Both the position numbers and the translations under genes were made by a program. Below are positions 1 to 13,640 of a stretch of DNA of 64,000 bases, piece by piece; the first letter of the stretch is position 1, and the number at the start of each line of letters is the position of its first letter. The stretch spans positions 68,763,066 through 68,827,065 of the forward strand of contig NC_068990.1 of the NCBI RefSeq assembly GCF_001194135.2, given 5' to 3'. The notes beneath the pieces were generated by a model. That model made no database searches. It had not been told where the DNA came from and saw only the letters and a program-made list of their open reading frames with translations. Origin of the DNA: Octopus bimaculoides. Its lineage: Eukaryota.

Positions 1-36
<36 letters not shown>

Positions 37-1204
37 TGTGTGTGTGTGTGTGTGTGTGTATGTGTTGTGTGTGTATGTGTTGTGTGTGTGTGTGTGTACA
101 CAGACAATTTTCTATATTGTCGTGCAGCATGTTCTAGAGGTTAAGACGTATATCTCATCAGAATGTTACTGACAGTTTCACGCTGACAATTGCACTTGGA
201 AATATCGACGACCCTTCAAAGAAACTGACAGGAAGCACATAACCTCTTTTATGCTGAAGTTAAATATGCAGGCCCCAATTCTCTCGGTGACGCTAATAGG
301 CGGGGCGAAAAATAGACGAAAAGTTATTACATTTTCCGGGGAGCCGAAAGAAGATTTGCCACCCATAGGACTATGTCAGCTATAACCGAAGAGGGACAGC
401 TGTGTGTGTATTCATGTTTTCCGCTTTCTAGTCTGATAAAGGGGATGACCGCGTTGCAGCAACTAATATTTTGTCTTCGGAGCAGCATTGAAATATTTCG
501 CCTTTTTATTCAGGAAGTTACCCGGATCTTGTGAAAGTTTTAGAATGCATCTTCTCACTTGCAGCTTCTACATCCATTCAGATAAGGTTCAAGCCGTTCT
601 AGCAGCTTCCAGTTGACATTTTACACCATTCCGTCCTCTTTTGATCGTCATATAGAGCTTGCTGATGTGGTAACAATGCGCCACTCTTGAATCCTAACAG
701 AAGACCCATGAATATTTAGCTTGGCCAGAAATGGTCATTTAGCTACCACCAACATATATCTGTGTAAACCCTCTCTCTTTGTGATTCTAGTTGATATCGG
801 ATGTCATCTCCGCTTCATAGACTACCGCCTCTGTGTTGCATTAACCATTCACTGGGCACTCACTACCAACCCTACTTGAGCGTCCTTACTCTGTACGGGG
901 GTTTTGGCTCGTTCGCAGATATCAACACACACACACACACACACACACATACACATATTCATGTCATTTGATTTGTTGGAAGTAGAAATTTCACCAAGTT
1001 GTTAATCAGAGTATCATTTCGCTGGTTTTCAAAAGGTAGATAACAACAGAGAAGACAGAATAACAACTTATGAAGATTTTCATTTCCAATAAATAATATT
1101 ACACTGCATTTAATATAGAGGTTGCTTTCTCTCGCCTACACTAATGTTGATGCAGCCATATTATGTATCACCCACATACATACAATTTTATATCATCACA
1201 CACG

Positions 1205-1256
<52 letters not shown>

Positions 1257-1719
1257 NNNNNNNNNNNNNNNNNNNNNNNNNNNNNNNNNNNNNNNNNNNN
1301 NNNNNNNNNNNNNNNNTATATATATATATATGTCAGTGACGCTAAATGTATTTGCGTGTTCTACATTAATCTTTCAGAGTTGATGTTCTTTTTATATTTA
1401 GTCTTACCGTTACTTTAACCTAGACATACTTCATTTATAGTTTCAATGTCCAATTACGTACAAATGTGTTTACGTTACACACTTTTTATTCACCTTCATT
1501 TTTTCTTCTTTTTTTTTTTGTATTTATTCTCCTACATTCCGTCTTTGCTTCTACGCTAATCAGAAACATACACAAATGTATATGTATGGAAATACATAAA
1601 TGTATTTATACGTCTACATATGAAATTAAGTATGAATATATGTATGTAAATATATATATGTATGTATTTATGTAGATATGTGTGTGTGTGTATAGATACG
1701 CACATATCTATTATATGTA

Positions 1720-1773
<54 letters not shown>

Positions 1774-3013
1774 GATACATACATATACATATAAACATAT
1801 ATATATATGTATATGTGTATGGATATATATGTGTGTATGTATATATATATATATATGTATATATATGAGTGTGTGTTTTCGTGTATGTGTGTGTGTGATC
1901 ATGTGTGTGTGCTTTTGTGCGTGTTACATGTTTGTGTAAATGTACATTTTTAACATACATATGTTGGTTTCCCCCCTAGGGATGAATATTTATATATGCT
2001 TGTACACACACACACACGCGCGCGCGCAATGCACACATACATATACACGCAACATACACCTACACACAGACGCATATAGCAAACGAGAAATAAAAGAAAA
2101 AAAGATAGGTAGACAAACAGACAGACAGACGGACAGACAGGCAGGCAGACGGGCAGACTGGCAGAAGAGATGTAGAGAGAGCGAAGAGAGTGACAATACA
2201 TGTGTATATATTGAAAAAATATAGCCACATAATAAACAGTTCTTCTTTCGATTGATCTTCTAAAGATGTTTAGACTTTCGAACAAAATCGAAATATTTTA
2301 GGAAATAACTTTGCCTTGTTTTGTTGTTATAATAATCGTCTTCTTCCTTTTTCTTGTGTCTCCATTTTTGTTTTAATATTTTATATTCGTGTTCATCTCT
2401 TTCATTTTAAAAATTCTAGCTCTTCATCATTTTCTTTACAATATATATATATATATTTTAAATGGAGCGTTTAAGGACTTTTCAAAAGTCAACATACACA
2501 CACGACCATCTCAACAAAATTATCTTTCTTCCCACAAGCAAGTATTTTTTTTTTCAGTTTTTCTATTTCTGGACTGATTTTGTCACTTTTGCATTGTTGT
2601 GTTTCTTTCATCAAATCAATCACTCCATCTGCGTGCGTTTCTGTACATATTTACACACACAAACACACACGTACACACACACACACGCACTGCACACACA
2701 TGCACACACACACACACACACACACATACACACACACAAAATACACACACACGCACACGCACACACACACATACACACACACACAAACACACGCACAACG
2801 CACACACACACACACAAAATACACATACACACACAAAACATACACACACAAAACATACACACTCACACAAACACACGCTCACACAGGTACACAAAACATA
2901 TACACACACACACACAAACACATGCACACACGCACATATAACATACACACACAGATACCCCCCCCGACACACACATATATGTGTCAACGGATATTTAGTA
3001 GAATACAACGCTA

Positions 3014-3200
3014 ATCCTTTCTACTAAAAGCACAGGGCCCGAAATTTAGGGGAAGGGGACTAATCGATCATTTCAACCCCAGTGTGTGACTGGTACTTAG
3101 TTATCGATCTCGAAAGGATGAAAGGCAAAGTCGACTTCGGCGGTATTTGAACCCAGAACGTAAAGACGGACGAAATGCCGCTAAGCATTTTGCCCGGTGT
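3014..3200 (-). mobile_element. SINE family A copy (tRNA head + conserved central domain + A-type tail)
   Basis: The reverse complement reads ...ttacgttctgggttcaaataccgccgaagtcgactttgcctttcatcctttcgagatcgataactaagtaccag..., with a box-B-like GGTTCAAAT. The same sequence recurs more than 15 times in the window. The central part resembles the MetaSINE Meta domain (from memory). Confidence 0.9.
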
Positions 3201-3235
3201 AGAATACAATAATAATAATAATAGTTATTACTTCA

Positions 3236-3395
3236 ACTATAGACACAAAGTCTTAAATTTGTGGGGAGTGGGGGTCTAGTTGATTACATCGACCTCACTG
3301 TTCAAGTTGTATTCTTTTGATCTATTCCGAAAGGATAAAAAGCAAAGATACATCGGCGGGATTCGAAATCAGAATATAACGAGTCAGAAGAAAGT
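3236..3395 (-). mobile_element. SINE family A, older degenerate copy
   Basis: ccgaaaggataaaaagcaaagatacatcggcgggattcgaaatcagaa matches the family A core with many substitutions. Confidence 0.7.
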
Positions 3396-5067
3396 ATCTT
3401 TATATATATATATATATATATATATTTATTTATTTATTTATTTATTTATATATATGTATATGCTAATGTGTGATTCGAGGGATATTCCGCTATCAACTTC
3501 ATTAGCCCTACTTACTTTATCTAACCGTTATCTTATTTTATCTATCCTATGGCTCGCACATACTTGCCACGTGTCTAAAGTGAGATTTCTCTGCTATTTC
3601 TAATAGGTCTAAAGTGTTTGTTGTGGGATCAATGTAGAAACGATGGTACCAATATAGAAACCATACGTGAGATTTGTTAAAACATCATCTTTACGTATGC
3701 AATTAATTGTTAGTGTGTGATTTGGCAGGTAATATGTTAATGTATAGTAAATTATATATTTATTAAGCAATGAAAATCAAGTGAAAATTAAACATGAATT
3801 GGTGCTCTAAAATTTCCTTCATAAAATGAATTTTACCCCCATTGACAGGTATTTGAATATATAAAAGCTTATGGAATGGATCCCTTTCAGCTTCTACATA
3901 TGGGTTGTACGAATGAATCGAAGTGGAGACAGTCAAATAACTATTTCAAATAACACATATTACGCGCGCGCACACACTTACGCACACACTCACACATACA
4001 CACATCTATATATATATGAACACTGACCATCAGGCATATATGCGATATTACGTATGTACACATGTACACATATTTATATACATTCTTTCATGCACTCACA
4101 TATACATGCCACCCACACATACACACAAATCGCTTACGAAAACACATGTATTGCTGCGTTTCCTCTTGTACCCTCTCTCGTTCGTTTTCTTTTTATGATA
4201 TATACAGCAATTTTCTATTTATTAAGTGAAATTTTATTAACTATATCGGTAGCGTTGGCAAGAAACAAAAACATACAAATTATTGATATTAGATGTAATG
4301 CATTGACAAGCTAAAAAAAATTCTTATTGCTGAAGAAAATCCCAAATAGAGATTTTCTTCTTCTGTCCTTCAATATTCTTTGTGATAATTCATCAACTTT
4401 AAAATGGCGACCGAATTACGTTTCTTATATGGCTTCCCGTGGAGCTAGAAACACGATGCTATCATGTTTTACTCTCTTGAAACGACTTAAGAAAAATAAA
4501 TGCTATTTATTCTGTGTACGTCACGCAGAGTCATCTAAAACTGTGTACTGGAATCTTTATGGTTATTTCTTGTCAAGAATAGAAGTTCTTCCCTTAGTAT
4601 AATTGGCTGTTTTCTCGAAATTGTTGTTTCCAATTTGGCGTTAAGAAAAATTTGCTCTGTTAAGAGAAGAGCGTCAGTCAGCAACGTGTTAGACAATACA
4701 AGCCAATGTTTGCGGAGATTTATTTTACATCGCTATTCAAGTAATTGTAAACCCCTCTTTTATGTCACATTATCTTTTCTAACGCTCTTATATGATATGA
4801 TTTCGTGTTGTCTTATATAGTAAACTCGCGTCTTTTTTGTTTTGCAGGATAGAGAGAGACTCTATGACTGGCTCCAACGTAACTATTACTTTTAATAACG
4901 TATGCAAATCACGCATTAATGCTTCATTCGCGAATGTCCTATCAGTATCCGTGTTCACAAACTGCTCTCCGTGATTTTACTTCTTTAGTTATTTACGTGC
5001 CTGTAATTAAATCTCAAGATTAGCTCCTCTGCCGGTTGTCACATTACCACTTGATAAAAACGAAATA

Positions 5068-5231
5068 GCAAACATGGTTGTGTGATTAATGAGTTCGGTT
5101 TGCAACAACGAGGCTTCGGGTTCGGCTCCACTGCGCGGCGTCTTGATCAGGTATCTTCTTCTATAACTACGGATTGATCAATGCCTTGTGTGTGAATTTG
5201 GTAGAGGGAAATTGTGAAGAATAACGTCGCG

Positions 5232-5264
<33 letters not shown>

Positions 5265-5495
5265 ACACACATATACATACACACACATATATAATGGTGA
5301 GTATGTCGCTGTATTTGGGCTTGCCGCATGACAACCAGTGTTGGTTTGTTTACGTTCCCATAACTTAGTGGTTCGGCAAAAGAGACCGATAGAATTTGTA
5401 CCAGCCTTTAAAAAACAACAAGTGCGGGGGCGGGGGGCATTTCTAAAGTGTTTCAGAACGGTGCCCCAACATGGCCGCCGTCTAATGACTGAGAT
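5068..5495 (+). mobile_element. SINE family B copy (tRNA head, internal microsatellite, 3' module)
   Basis: Head ...gggttcggctccactgcgcggcgtcttg..., an internal (TA)n/(TG)n tract, then tttacgttcccataacttagtggttcggcaaaagagaccgatagaa. Collinear with the copies at 28983 and 38116. Confidence 0.85.
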
Positions 5496-5749
5496 ATATA
5501 TAAAGGAAAAAAAGCAACAGTTTATCTCTAATTTCGCGGTTCGTTTCCTCTTGAATATTCTTGTACGATAATGATGTAGAGTGAATCAACCCCATGTAGT
5601 CCTTCTATTTTCTAGAATTAGCAGTTACTTATCCCTCAAATAACTAGCTTGCACGTTTTTATGTAAGTTAGACAAAGGGTGACGATTAATGCCCGTAACC
5701 TTTGTAGCACCTCCTAGGATGGTGAGATCGATGGAAGATAGTGATAGAC

Positions 5750-6060
5750 CAGACTGACATTCCGCCGGTTACGATGACAAGCGTCCCAATTAATCCGATC
5801 AACGGAACATGCTGCTCGTGAAAATAACGTGCAAGTGGTTGAGCACTCCACAGACACGCATACCCTTAACGTAGTTCTCATGAAAATTCAGTGTGCAACC
5901 GAACGTGACATGGCTGACCCTTTGAATTACGGGTACAATTTACTTTTAGCTGAGTGAAATAAATTGTCTTCCTCAAGGACACAAAGCGCTACCGAGAATC
6001 GAACTGATAACCTTAAAATTGTGAGCTGAGTGCTCTAACCACTAGGCCACATGCCTTCAC
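5750..6060 (-). mobile_element. SINE family C copy (tRNA head, tail type 1)
   Basis: The reverse complement starts gtgaaggcatgtggcctagtggttagagcactcagc (box A), then cagttcgattctcgg (box B), then tttgtgtccttgaggaagacaattta. Confidence 0.85.
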
Positions 6061-6590
6061 CATGATAGTGGAAAATAGTGACATCTGGATGTGGTTTACA
6101 GGATTGCTGTTCAGTTTGAATACATGAAGTCGCATGATCGGAAAGAGAAGAGTGTAATAAAGCAAAAATGGCGAGGAAGTATTGTGAATGTGGTTGAGTG
6201 AAATGTTTAAAGTTGAGTTTGGAAACCATGATAATAGATACAGTAAGGGGAAAATTATAAAGCAGTCGGGAGCTGAATGAAGAAGCTGTAAGAAAACAGG
6301 AAAAGATTAAGAGCATGAAAAATATGGCGATAGTAAAAGCGTAATTATAAGTTGTGTAAGGTATAACTGTAGTTGAAGTGGACCGGAATGGAAGGGAATG
6401 GAGAAAGAGAGAAACGGAGTAGAAATACATAAGAAAAAGGAGAGAAAACGAAAGACACGATTGGAGAAAACTGAGGAAAAGGAGGAGATATGTGTGAGGG
6501 AAAGGAAAAGTTATTACGGGGGCAAGTGTGAAGGGGAACTAAAGATGACAGATGGAATTGAGGATAGTGTATAGAGAAAGAGCGAGAGAT

Positions 6591-6628
<38 letters not shown>

Positions 6629-6835
6629 GACGAGTGAGAGGAAGAGAAATGTAGAGAAAAACAGAGAAGAGGTTGAACGAAGAAGAGGAGGAGGAAAATA
6701 AAAGATGGTTTCTATTAGATACTCTATCGAACTTCACAAGTCTATCCTTAATTTCTATCTCTCTTCATCCTTTTTCTGATTTTCTCTCATATACAGACGC
6801 ATGAGCAGTAAACAGTTGCGGTGGTGATGGTAGTA

Positions 6836-6871
<36 letters not shown>

Positions 6872-7189
6872 AACTTTAACGTTAACATATTCTAACTTCT
6901 AACGCAATGTGTATGAAAAATAAAATCTAATTAAAAAAAAAGGTTATTTTCCCCTCAGTGATTTACTGGTTTCGTTTATTTTTTTACCTTCCTTTTTAAA
7001 GAACTCCACATACATCAGCCATCATGTTACATCAGACGATCGGTTATAAAGTTTCAAAGCCACTCATGAACTCGTCTACACCTAATTATGAATTATTATG
7101 AAACTCCTCCTCAGAGATTCTTCCAAGCGATGAATTGCACTAATAGAGTACCGAAGATGATTTCTAGAGCTGATACAAATACCAACAAT

Positions 7190-7206
7190 ATATATTATTA
7201 TTAATA

Positions 7207-7296
<90 letters not shown>

Positions 7297-7306
7297 NNNN
7301 NNNNNN

Positions 7307-7356
<50 letters not shown>
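7190..7356. repeat. (TTA)n microsatellite with a small internal gap
   Basis: Directly visible. Confidence 0.98.
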
Positions 7357-7360
<4 letters not shown>

Positions 7361-7543
7361 TGTTCAGTAGTTTTATTTTTATAACGTGCTTTCACTTCAC
7401 TACCGAGCGCAGCTCTGTGTGCCTGGGATATGTGCTGTGGTTTGCTGTGGTGCTCTTATGTTTACTGTATTGAAAGTGTTTTGCGTAGGATGTGTGCAGT
7501 GCCCAGTAGTGCAATTTTCTGTATGTTATATATATTTGTAGTC
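7361..7543 (-). mobile_element. R4/Dong-like non-LTR retrotransposon 3' end (5'-truncated)
   Basis: Near-identical reverse complement of about 17150-17331 (end of ORF ...NIQKIALLGTAHILRKTLSIQ* plus 3' UTR). Its 3' end runs into the (TTA)n tract. Confidence 0.85.
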
Positions 7544-7711
7544 TATGGTGCTAGATATATTACTACTAATGTTATTGTTATTGTTACCCTGAGTGGAGAT
7601 GGACTTGTTGAATGTGTTGATGGTTGAATAAATTCACCAATGTTTATCAGTCCGGAAAGCCTGAAGTTCAAACAAAACGAACGAAAGAAGTTTTAATAAT
7701 AATAATAATAA

Positions 7712-7790
7712 TTTTGGCACAAGGCCAGCAATTTCAAGGATGGGGATAAGTCGATTACCCGAGTGGTACTTATTTTATCGACTCTGAAAA
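7712..7790 (-). mobile_element. SINE family A 3' fragment
   Basis: ggcacaaggccagcaatttc...taagtcgattac...gtggtacttattttatcgac. Confidence 0.75.
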
Positions 7791-8122
7791 TAATAATAAT
7801 AATAGTAATAATAATGGTTTCTTTTATTTGCCATCAAAGCAAATTACGAAGTGGGACGATTGAAAGACAGGCATCATGAAATGAGTGGAAAAAATTTATA
7901 TATATAAATGTATACAACAAGATAGGGAAAGGGTGCATACATATCATACATATATAAATAAATTAAATTAAAAGGGTGATGAGAAATGTTGCTCTTCTGA
8001 CACAGAAGGATCTCTGGGGATGATCGAGAAACTCCACCGTTGAAAAAATCTCACTGAACACCAAGGGCAAGACCCCTCACCAGTTCCTATTCTCCGACTA
8101 ACAAGTCTAAATGATAATTGTG

Positions 8123-8123
<1 letters not shown>

Positions 8124-8204
<81 letters not shown>
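8124..8204. repeat. (AAT)n microsatellite
   Basis: Directly visible. Confidence 0.98.
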
Positions 8205-8205
<1 letters not shown>

Positions 8206-8437
8206 CCCAAAATGGCTAAAGTTCAAAAGATAGTGCTCATGGGAACTGCCCATATCCTACGTAAAATACTGTCTATGTGATCTCAAATTTTAAAACAAAC
8301 ACATAATTTCCTTATGGTTTCTTAAACATTCACTAGAACAAAACTGTACAAATCCAAATATATGGTACCCTAGGCATAACACCTACATGAACTTCTAACT
8401 TGTTGTCTCTTGAGGTCCCTGGGTGAGACTTGTAGAC
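8205..8437 (+). mobile_element. R4/Dong-like 3' end, second subfamily
   Basis: Translates PKMAKVQKIVLMGTAHILRK, matching QKIALLGTAHILRK at about 17170-17210, but with a different 3' UTR. Starts immediately after (AAT)n. Confidence 0.75.
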
Positions 8438-8555
8438 TACAAATTCTGCCGAAGTCGACTTCGTCTTTCACCCTTTCAGTATCAATGAAACAAGGACTAA
8501 TCGATCTAATCTACTGGCCAACTCCCACTAAATTTCAGGCCCTCTGCTTATGGTA
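8438..8555 (+). mobile_element. SINE family A degenerate fragment
   Basis: caaattctgccgaagtcgacttcgtctttcaccctttc...aaatttcaggcc. Confidence 0.7.
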
Positions 8556-8584
8556 GGATTATTACGTACATTACAGTCTTGAGT

Positions 8585-8828
8585 CTGAGAACTCATAGGG
8601 CCAGTTACCCGGTTGCTGTGGCGTATATGTAACCGAAATCACAACATTCCCCCTGAATGACACACCAGGCTGATGTTGGGTTACTCGTTTGACGGCTGAG
8701 TGGACTGGAGCAACGTGAAACGAAATGTTTTATTCGAGAACACAACACCTTGCTCGATCCGAGAGTCAAAACCACGATTTTGCAACGATGAGTGCAACAC
8801 CTTAACCACTAGGCCACGCATCTACACT
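8585..8828 (-). mobile_element. SINE family C copy (tail type 2)
   Basis: Ends taaccactaggccacgcatctacac (head on the - strand) and contains ctgagtggactggagcaacgtgaaacgaaatg. The distal tail differs from the 5750 copy. Confidence 0.8.
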
Positions 8829-10601
8829 TAGGTATAACAACCAGATTTCGGTATCCCCTGCTGCCTGGTTATTATTAATGAGTTCAGGTATTAATTAAGT
8901 TGTAGCACTACACCTATATATTACCTCCACCTCTCAATGTAACCACTCCACCGCCATCAACACTAACATTAATGTCTATGCTACCATTAATGTCTATGCT
9001 ACCCAAATTTAATCAAACATCCTTTCTGTTATTCTAATCAAATTCAGCCACACCTGGTTCTCAACTCCTTGTGATCGGCTGTGAGAGACGTCTCGGCTGT
9101 GATGGCAATTAATTTGACATAATAATCAATACGGTGGTAATTAAGCGTGGAGCTTAATTTAAAGTTATGGAGTGGAGTTAGGAAGGAAAGAGAAGTTATG
9201 GAGGATATATGTTTGTAGAGAGAATGGTGTAAGGCGATGGCAACCGATTTGTAAACTCTGGGTCACAAGTTATCTTCCTTTGTAAATCGATCTATTCCCT
9301 GATCTCCAACATTAATTCCATCATCATCGTCATAATAATCATTATCATTATCGTCATAATCATCGCCATCACGAGAGAAAACTTAAAATACAATATAGAA
9401 TATGAAGAAGGTATTGATGATGACAACGATGACGGAGATGACGATGTCGAAGACAACGATGACGATGACAACGGAGACAAGGGTGTCTTTATAAAATGGT
9501 TGTTATTGATATCTAGAAAGAAAAAAAGGTGGGGACGATATAGCATAACTCATATGTATAGAATATATAATCTGTAATTTGAGGTTTCAATATAAAAAAA
9601 AATTTCAAAAATATTATCTTAAAAATGCGTGAACGCTATAAATCTAAGTTAGAATAATTTCATGTTACAATCAACCAAAGTTTTGGACTTATTTAGTTTA
9701 GTAAAGTACATCCCATTCCAGGTAATAAACTGATTTTGGGATAAGTGCCAGACAGCATGCTTAGTAAAAGTTCTGTTAGTTGTTTCACTGCTTTTTGTGA
9801 TGTTTTTAATATCTAAAACTTAAGCTAGGTATACATACCTACTATTTTTATTTTCATATCTCTCCGTGGGAAGTAAGGATTTCGATGATATCCAAGTACG
9901 TTTCATCTCCCATGAGTCTCCAAATAGAGATGAAATTAGTCAAGAAACAAAAATAAATATTTACTACTTTGCCCATGGATGGATATAAGCATTTTTTTTT
10001 TACACTTGTATACATTTTGCAGTGGAGCAAAAGTTTTAGAGATATCCAAATTTAATATCAGATTATTCAATAAACACTGTATAATGCATACTTAACTAAT
10101 TAATTGATTAGTTTTCAATGTTTTATGCGCCACAAACATCTGTTACTTCACATTCCCGCATTTTCAAAATGAACTTGACTTGAGTGATAAACTATAATTC
10201 ACCCTAACTGACCATCCAGACTTAATTAATCTGAAATCATTATTCTACACAGCATTTTAATCTACTCCCGGTGATATATGTGGTAAATTTCATTTGGTCG
10301 ACATAAAATTAACCAATCACTATTGAAAAAAAATATAATAAATGCGTAATCTAAAATGCAATGATGCATTAGAACGGGGCTTATCACCAACTATCGTAGC
10401 ATTAAACTGATTAAATCTATTCCTTAAAATCTGTGCGTGTCTTGAAAATTATTTTAACCAGTATACGAAGATAAAAGTGAAAATGATTCCCCTGAGGGAT
10501 TTGAATCAAGTATGGAGGGGTACATTGCATCTTGCCAATTACTGTGGAATCTTCCACCCGAGACACAAGACCACACATTATATTTTGCTGCTGCTACTGC
10601 C

Positions 10602-10668
<67 letters not shown>
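10602..10668. repeat. (GTA)n microsatellite
   Basis: Directly visible. Confidence 0.98.
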
Positions 10669-10670
<2 letters not shown>

Positions 10671-11425
10671 CAGTTGTTGTTTGCTCGTCTCCCCGGTCGA
10701 CACCGACCGATCAAAATTTTTGATCAAATGTATTTCAGCTATGATCATCGAAACGATTTTACATTTCTCTTCAGTCACTCACGGACGCATTCCAGCCTCT
10801 GGATCCCAGACATTCTTCCCCCTTCTCTACAGGTCTTACGTTTGATACACAGGGTCTATGTAATCCGTAGGGTGGCTGATTAATTCCTGTGACTTAGGAA
10901 CATGTTTACTCATCAATGGAACTGTATAACCAATATGTCGGAACCCTCCCACTTCTAAGTAAGGTTTGTCATTGACACAGGACTATCTTCAACTATTTGA
11001 TCTATAATTTTGATACTACCATCTCGGGCCAGAGTAGACCTGGATGTAGTGAAGCGCAAAACCACTCTCATTCCGAGCTGGGCACAAACTTACAGGTGCT
11101 ACTAACAATCAAGCACAGAAATTTTATATAATATAGGGAGAGAAAACACGCTAATAACTGTGATAATGTAACAACAGAGATAACAGAGAAGTATGAAAAT
11201 ATAAACTGAAAAAAAAAAGCATAACTATAAAGATAAATAAGAATTGTATATATATGTATATATGTACAATACATATATATGTGTGTGTATATATATATAT
11301 ATGTGTATATGTGTGTATATATATATGTGTGTATATGTGTGTGTGTATGTGTGTATGTATGTGTGTGTATATATATATGTGTATATGTGTGTGTATGTGT
11401 GTATGTATGTGTGTGTATTATGTGA

Positions 11426-11495
<70 letters not shown>

Positions 11496-12045
11496 ATATC
11501 ATATAGCAATTGTATGGGAAAGTAAATAGATATGGTAGATATATAAGATAGATAAATAGACAAAACAAATAGATACATACATGCGTACGTACGTACATAT
11601 ATACACGCATATACACATACATACATACATACATTCATACAAAAAACATACATACATACATACATACATACACACATACAGAGATAGACCAGGGAGACAG
11701 AACCATGTTTGCAATTATCTATACTTCCTGTATAGATGCATTTCCTCAGAAGATGGAATGTTAAAGAATGAGCTAGAATTAAAGACAAAGGGAAGTATAA
11801 CGTTGCAGTTTTCTCTAAGAATCTTGAAAGTTAACATATGCACACATAATAAGTGCATAATGCGATTGCACACACACACATACGCATATACATACATATG
11901 TGTGTGAGAGAATGAGTGTATGCATATGTATTAGACTGAATGTGTATGAGCGAGTTTATATGTAAGCATCCATGCATACGTCTATGTATATGTAAGAATG
12001 TCAGTAACTAAACGTAAATAAGGACGCATGCGTTCGTATTTTACA

Positions 12046-12091
<46 letters not shown>

Positions 12092-12142
12092 NNNNNNNNN
12101 NNNNNNNNNNNNNNNNNNNNNNNNNNNNNNNNNNNNNNNNNN

Positions 12143-12197
<55 letters not shown>

Positions 12198-12883
12198 GTA
12201 TATATGTGTTTGCGTGTGTGTGTGTGTATGTGTGTGTGTGCACATAATGATATGCGTACATTTCTACATAGGCATTCCTCGGATGTACCCGCATTATATA
12301 ACCTACATATACAAACTATATATTATCCACACACACATGAATACACGAAGGAAAAGAGAAGGAAATCATTTCCTTTTGTTTACTTAGCTCTGCTCCGCGT
12401 GTGTGTGTGGGGGGGGGCGCTCTCATATATCGAAATAAAAGTCGTTTTCCCCATTTGCTGAAAGACAATTGTAGCAGTAGGAAACATCGTATGACGCCAA
12501 TAGCAATGGAATCAACAGCAACAACAACATCGTTGCAACAAACAACCTAATAGTAATTGCCGCCACAGACATCGTTACAAAGGAGACAGCATAAACATCC
12601 ATCATATATTGAAGGGTTTCTGAATTTATAACATTATAGCAACACTGCAACAGTTGTGACGGCAGTACACGCGATTGTATCATCTCCTAGTATATGACTG
12701 GTACTTAGATTGTCTCCTGCGTGGAAAAATACGAGGGGAATAGGCGAACCCTTCAGTGAATCGGGGACAGAATATCTTGCCCTATTAGTTTCGTTTCTGC
12801 ATGATTTGAGTTCAAACGCCGCAGAGGTCGATTTTACTTTCTTCCTTACAAATTTCTGAATGTGCCATTCAGTAAAATCGACT

Positions 12884-12932
<49 letters not shown>

Positions 12933-13374
12933 CCTCTCTCTATCTCTTTCTTTCACTCTTTCATTCACTCAAGTGCAAACTCAATCTTCCTCTCTTGCGA
13001 AATCGACTCCGCTGCACTATGTGATGCATCGCGGGCCCATCGACACTGTTTCCATCTTTCGAGGTATGTAAAAGCGGTGAACGAAGGTTCTGACGATCAT
13101 TTCTCGTAAGAAAACAAAAACCTTCTGTTACTAGAAACTAACATGGACAGACTGGTATACGAACCAGCACAAAAAACGAAAAGGAATAAAGAAGATGAGT
13201 CGGAGCTGAGAACTTAACTTACAGAATACCAATGGACTAACGACAGACATTTTGGTTGGCACTCAACCGTTTCTGCTTTTAAATATTACAATAAAAAATT
13301 CTCATAACTATACTTGATAGGGTTATATATTTTACAGGAAAGAACAAATCAACAGATAGGCCCAGTGAAGCCGA

Positions 13375-13640
13375 ATGGTTCAACTGTTTGTTTCACAACA
13401 AGGTTTTGGGTTGATCCCATTCAGTAATATATTGAACAAGAGTTGTTTTCTGTAGTCATAGGTCGGCTGTAATCTCGTGAGTGAAATTAGGTAGACAGAA
13501 ATTTTACAAAGGTCTGTCGGAGAGATTTCTACCTGCAACTCAAAAGATACAGGTTCTTTGTCACATACTGTGTCAAACCGATTCTACCTGGGAATTGTTA
13601 GGAGCACATGCACCTGCGGAATACTCCCTCACGTACGTTT
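13375..13640 (+). mobile_element. Old SINE: family-B-like head joined to a family-C type-1 tail
   Basis: gtgagtgaaattaggtagacagaaa (B-like), followed by acatgcacctgcggaatactccctcacgtacg, which resembles the C type-1 tail (gtctgtggagtgctcaaccacttgcacg). Confidence 0.5.

Noticed and set aside
100-920. Higher-GC unique-looking block, possibly a decayed LINE
   Set aside because: Manual translation of part of the block gave stops and no motif I could assign with confidence.
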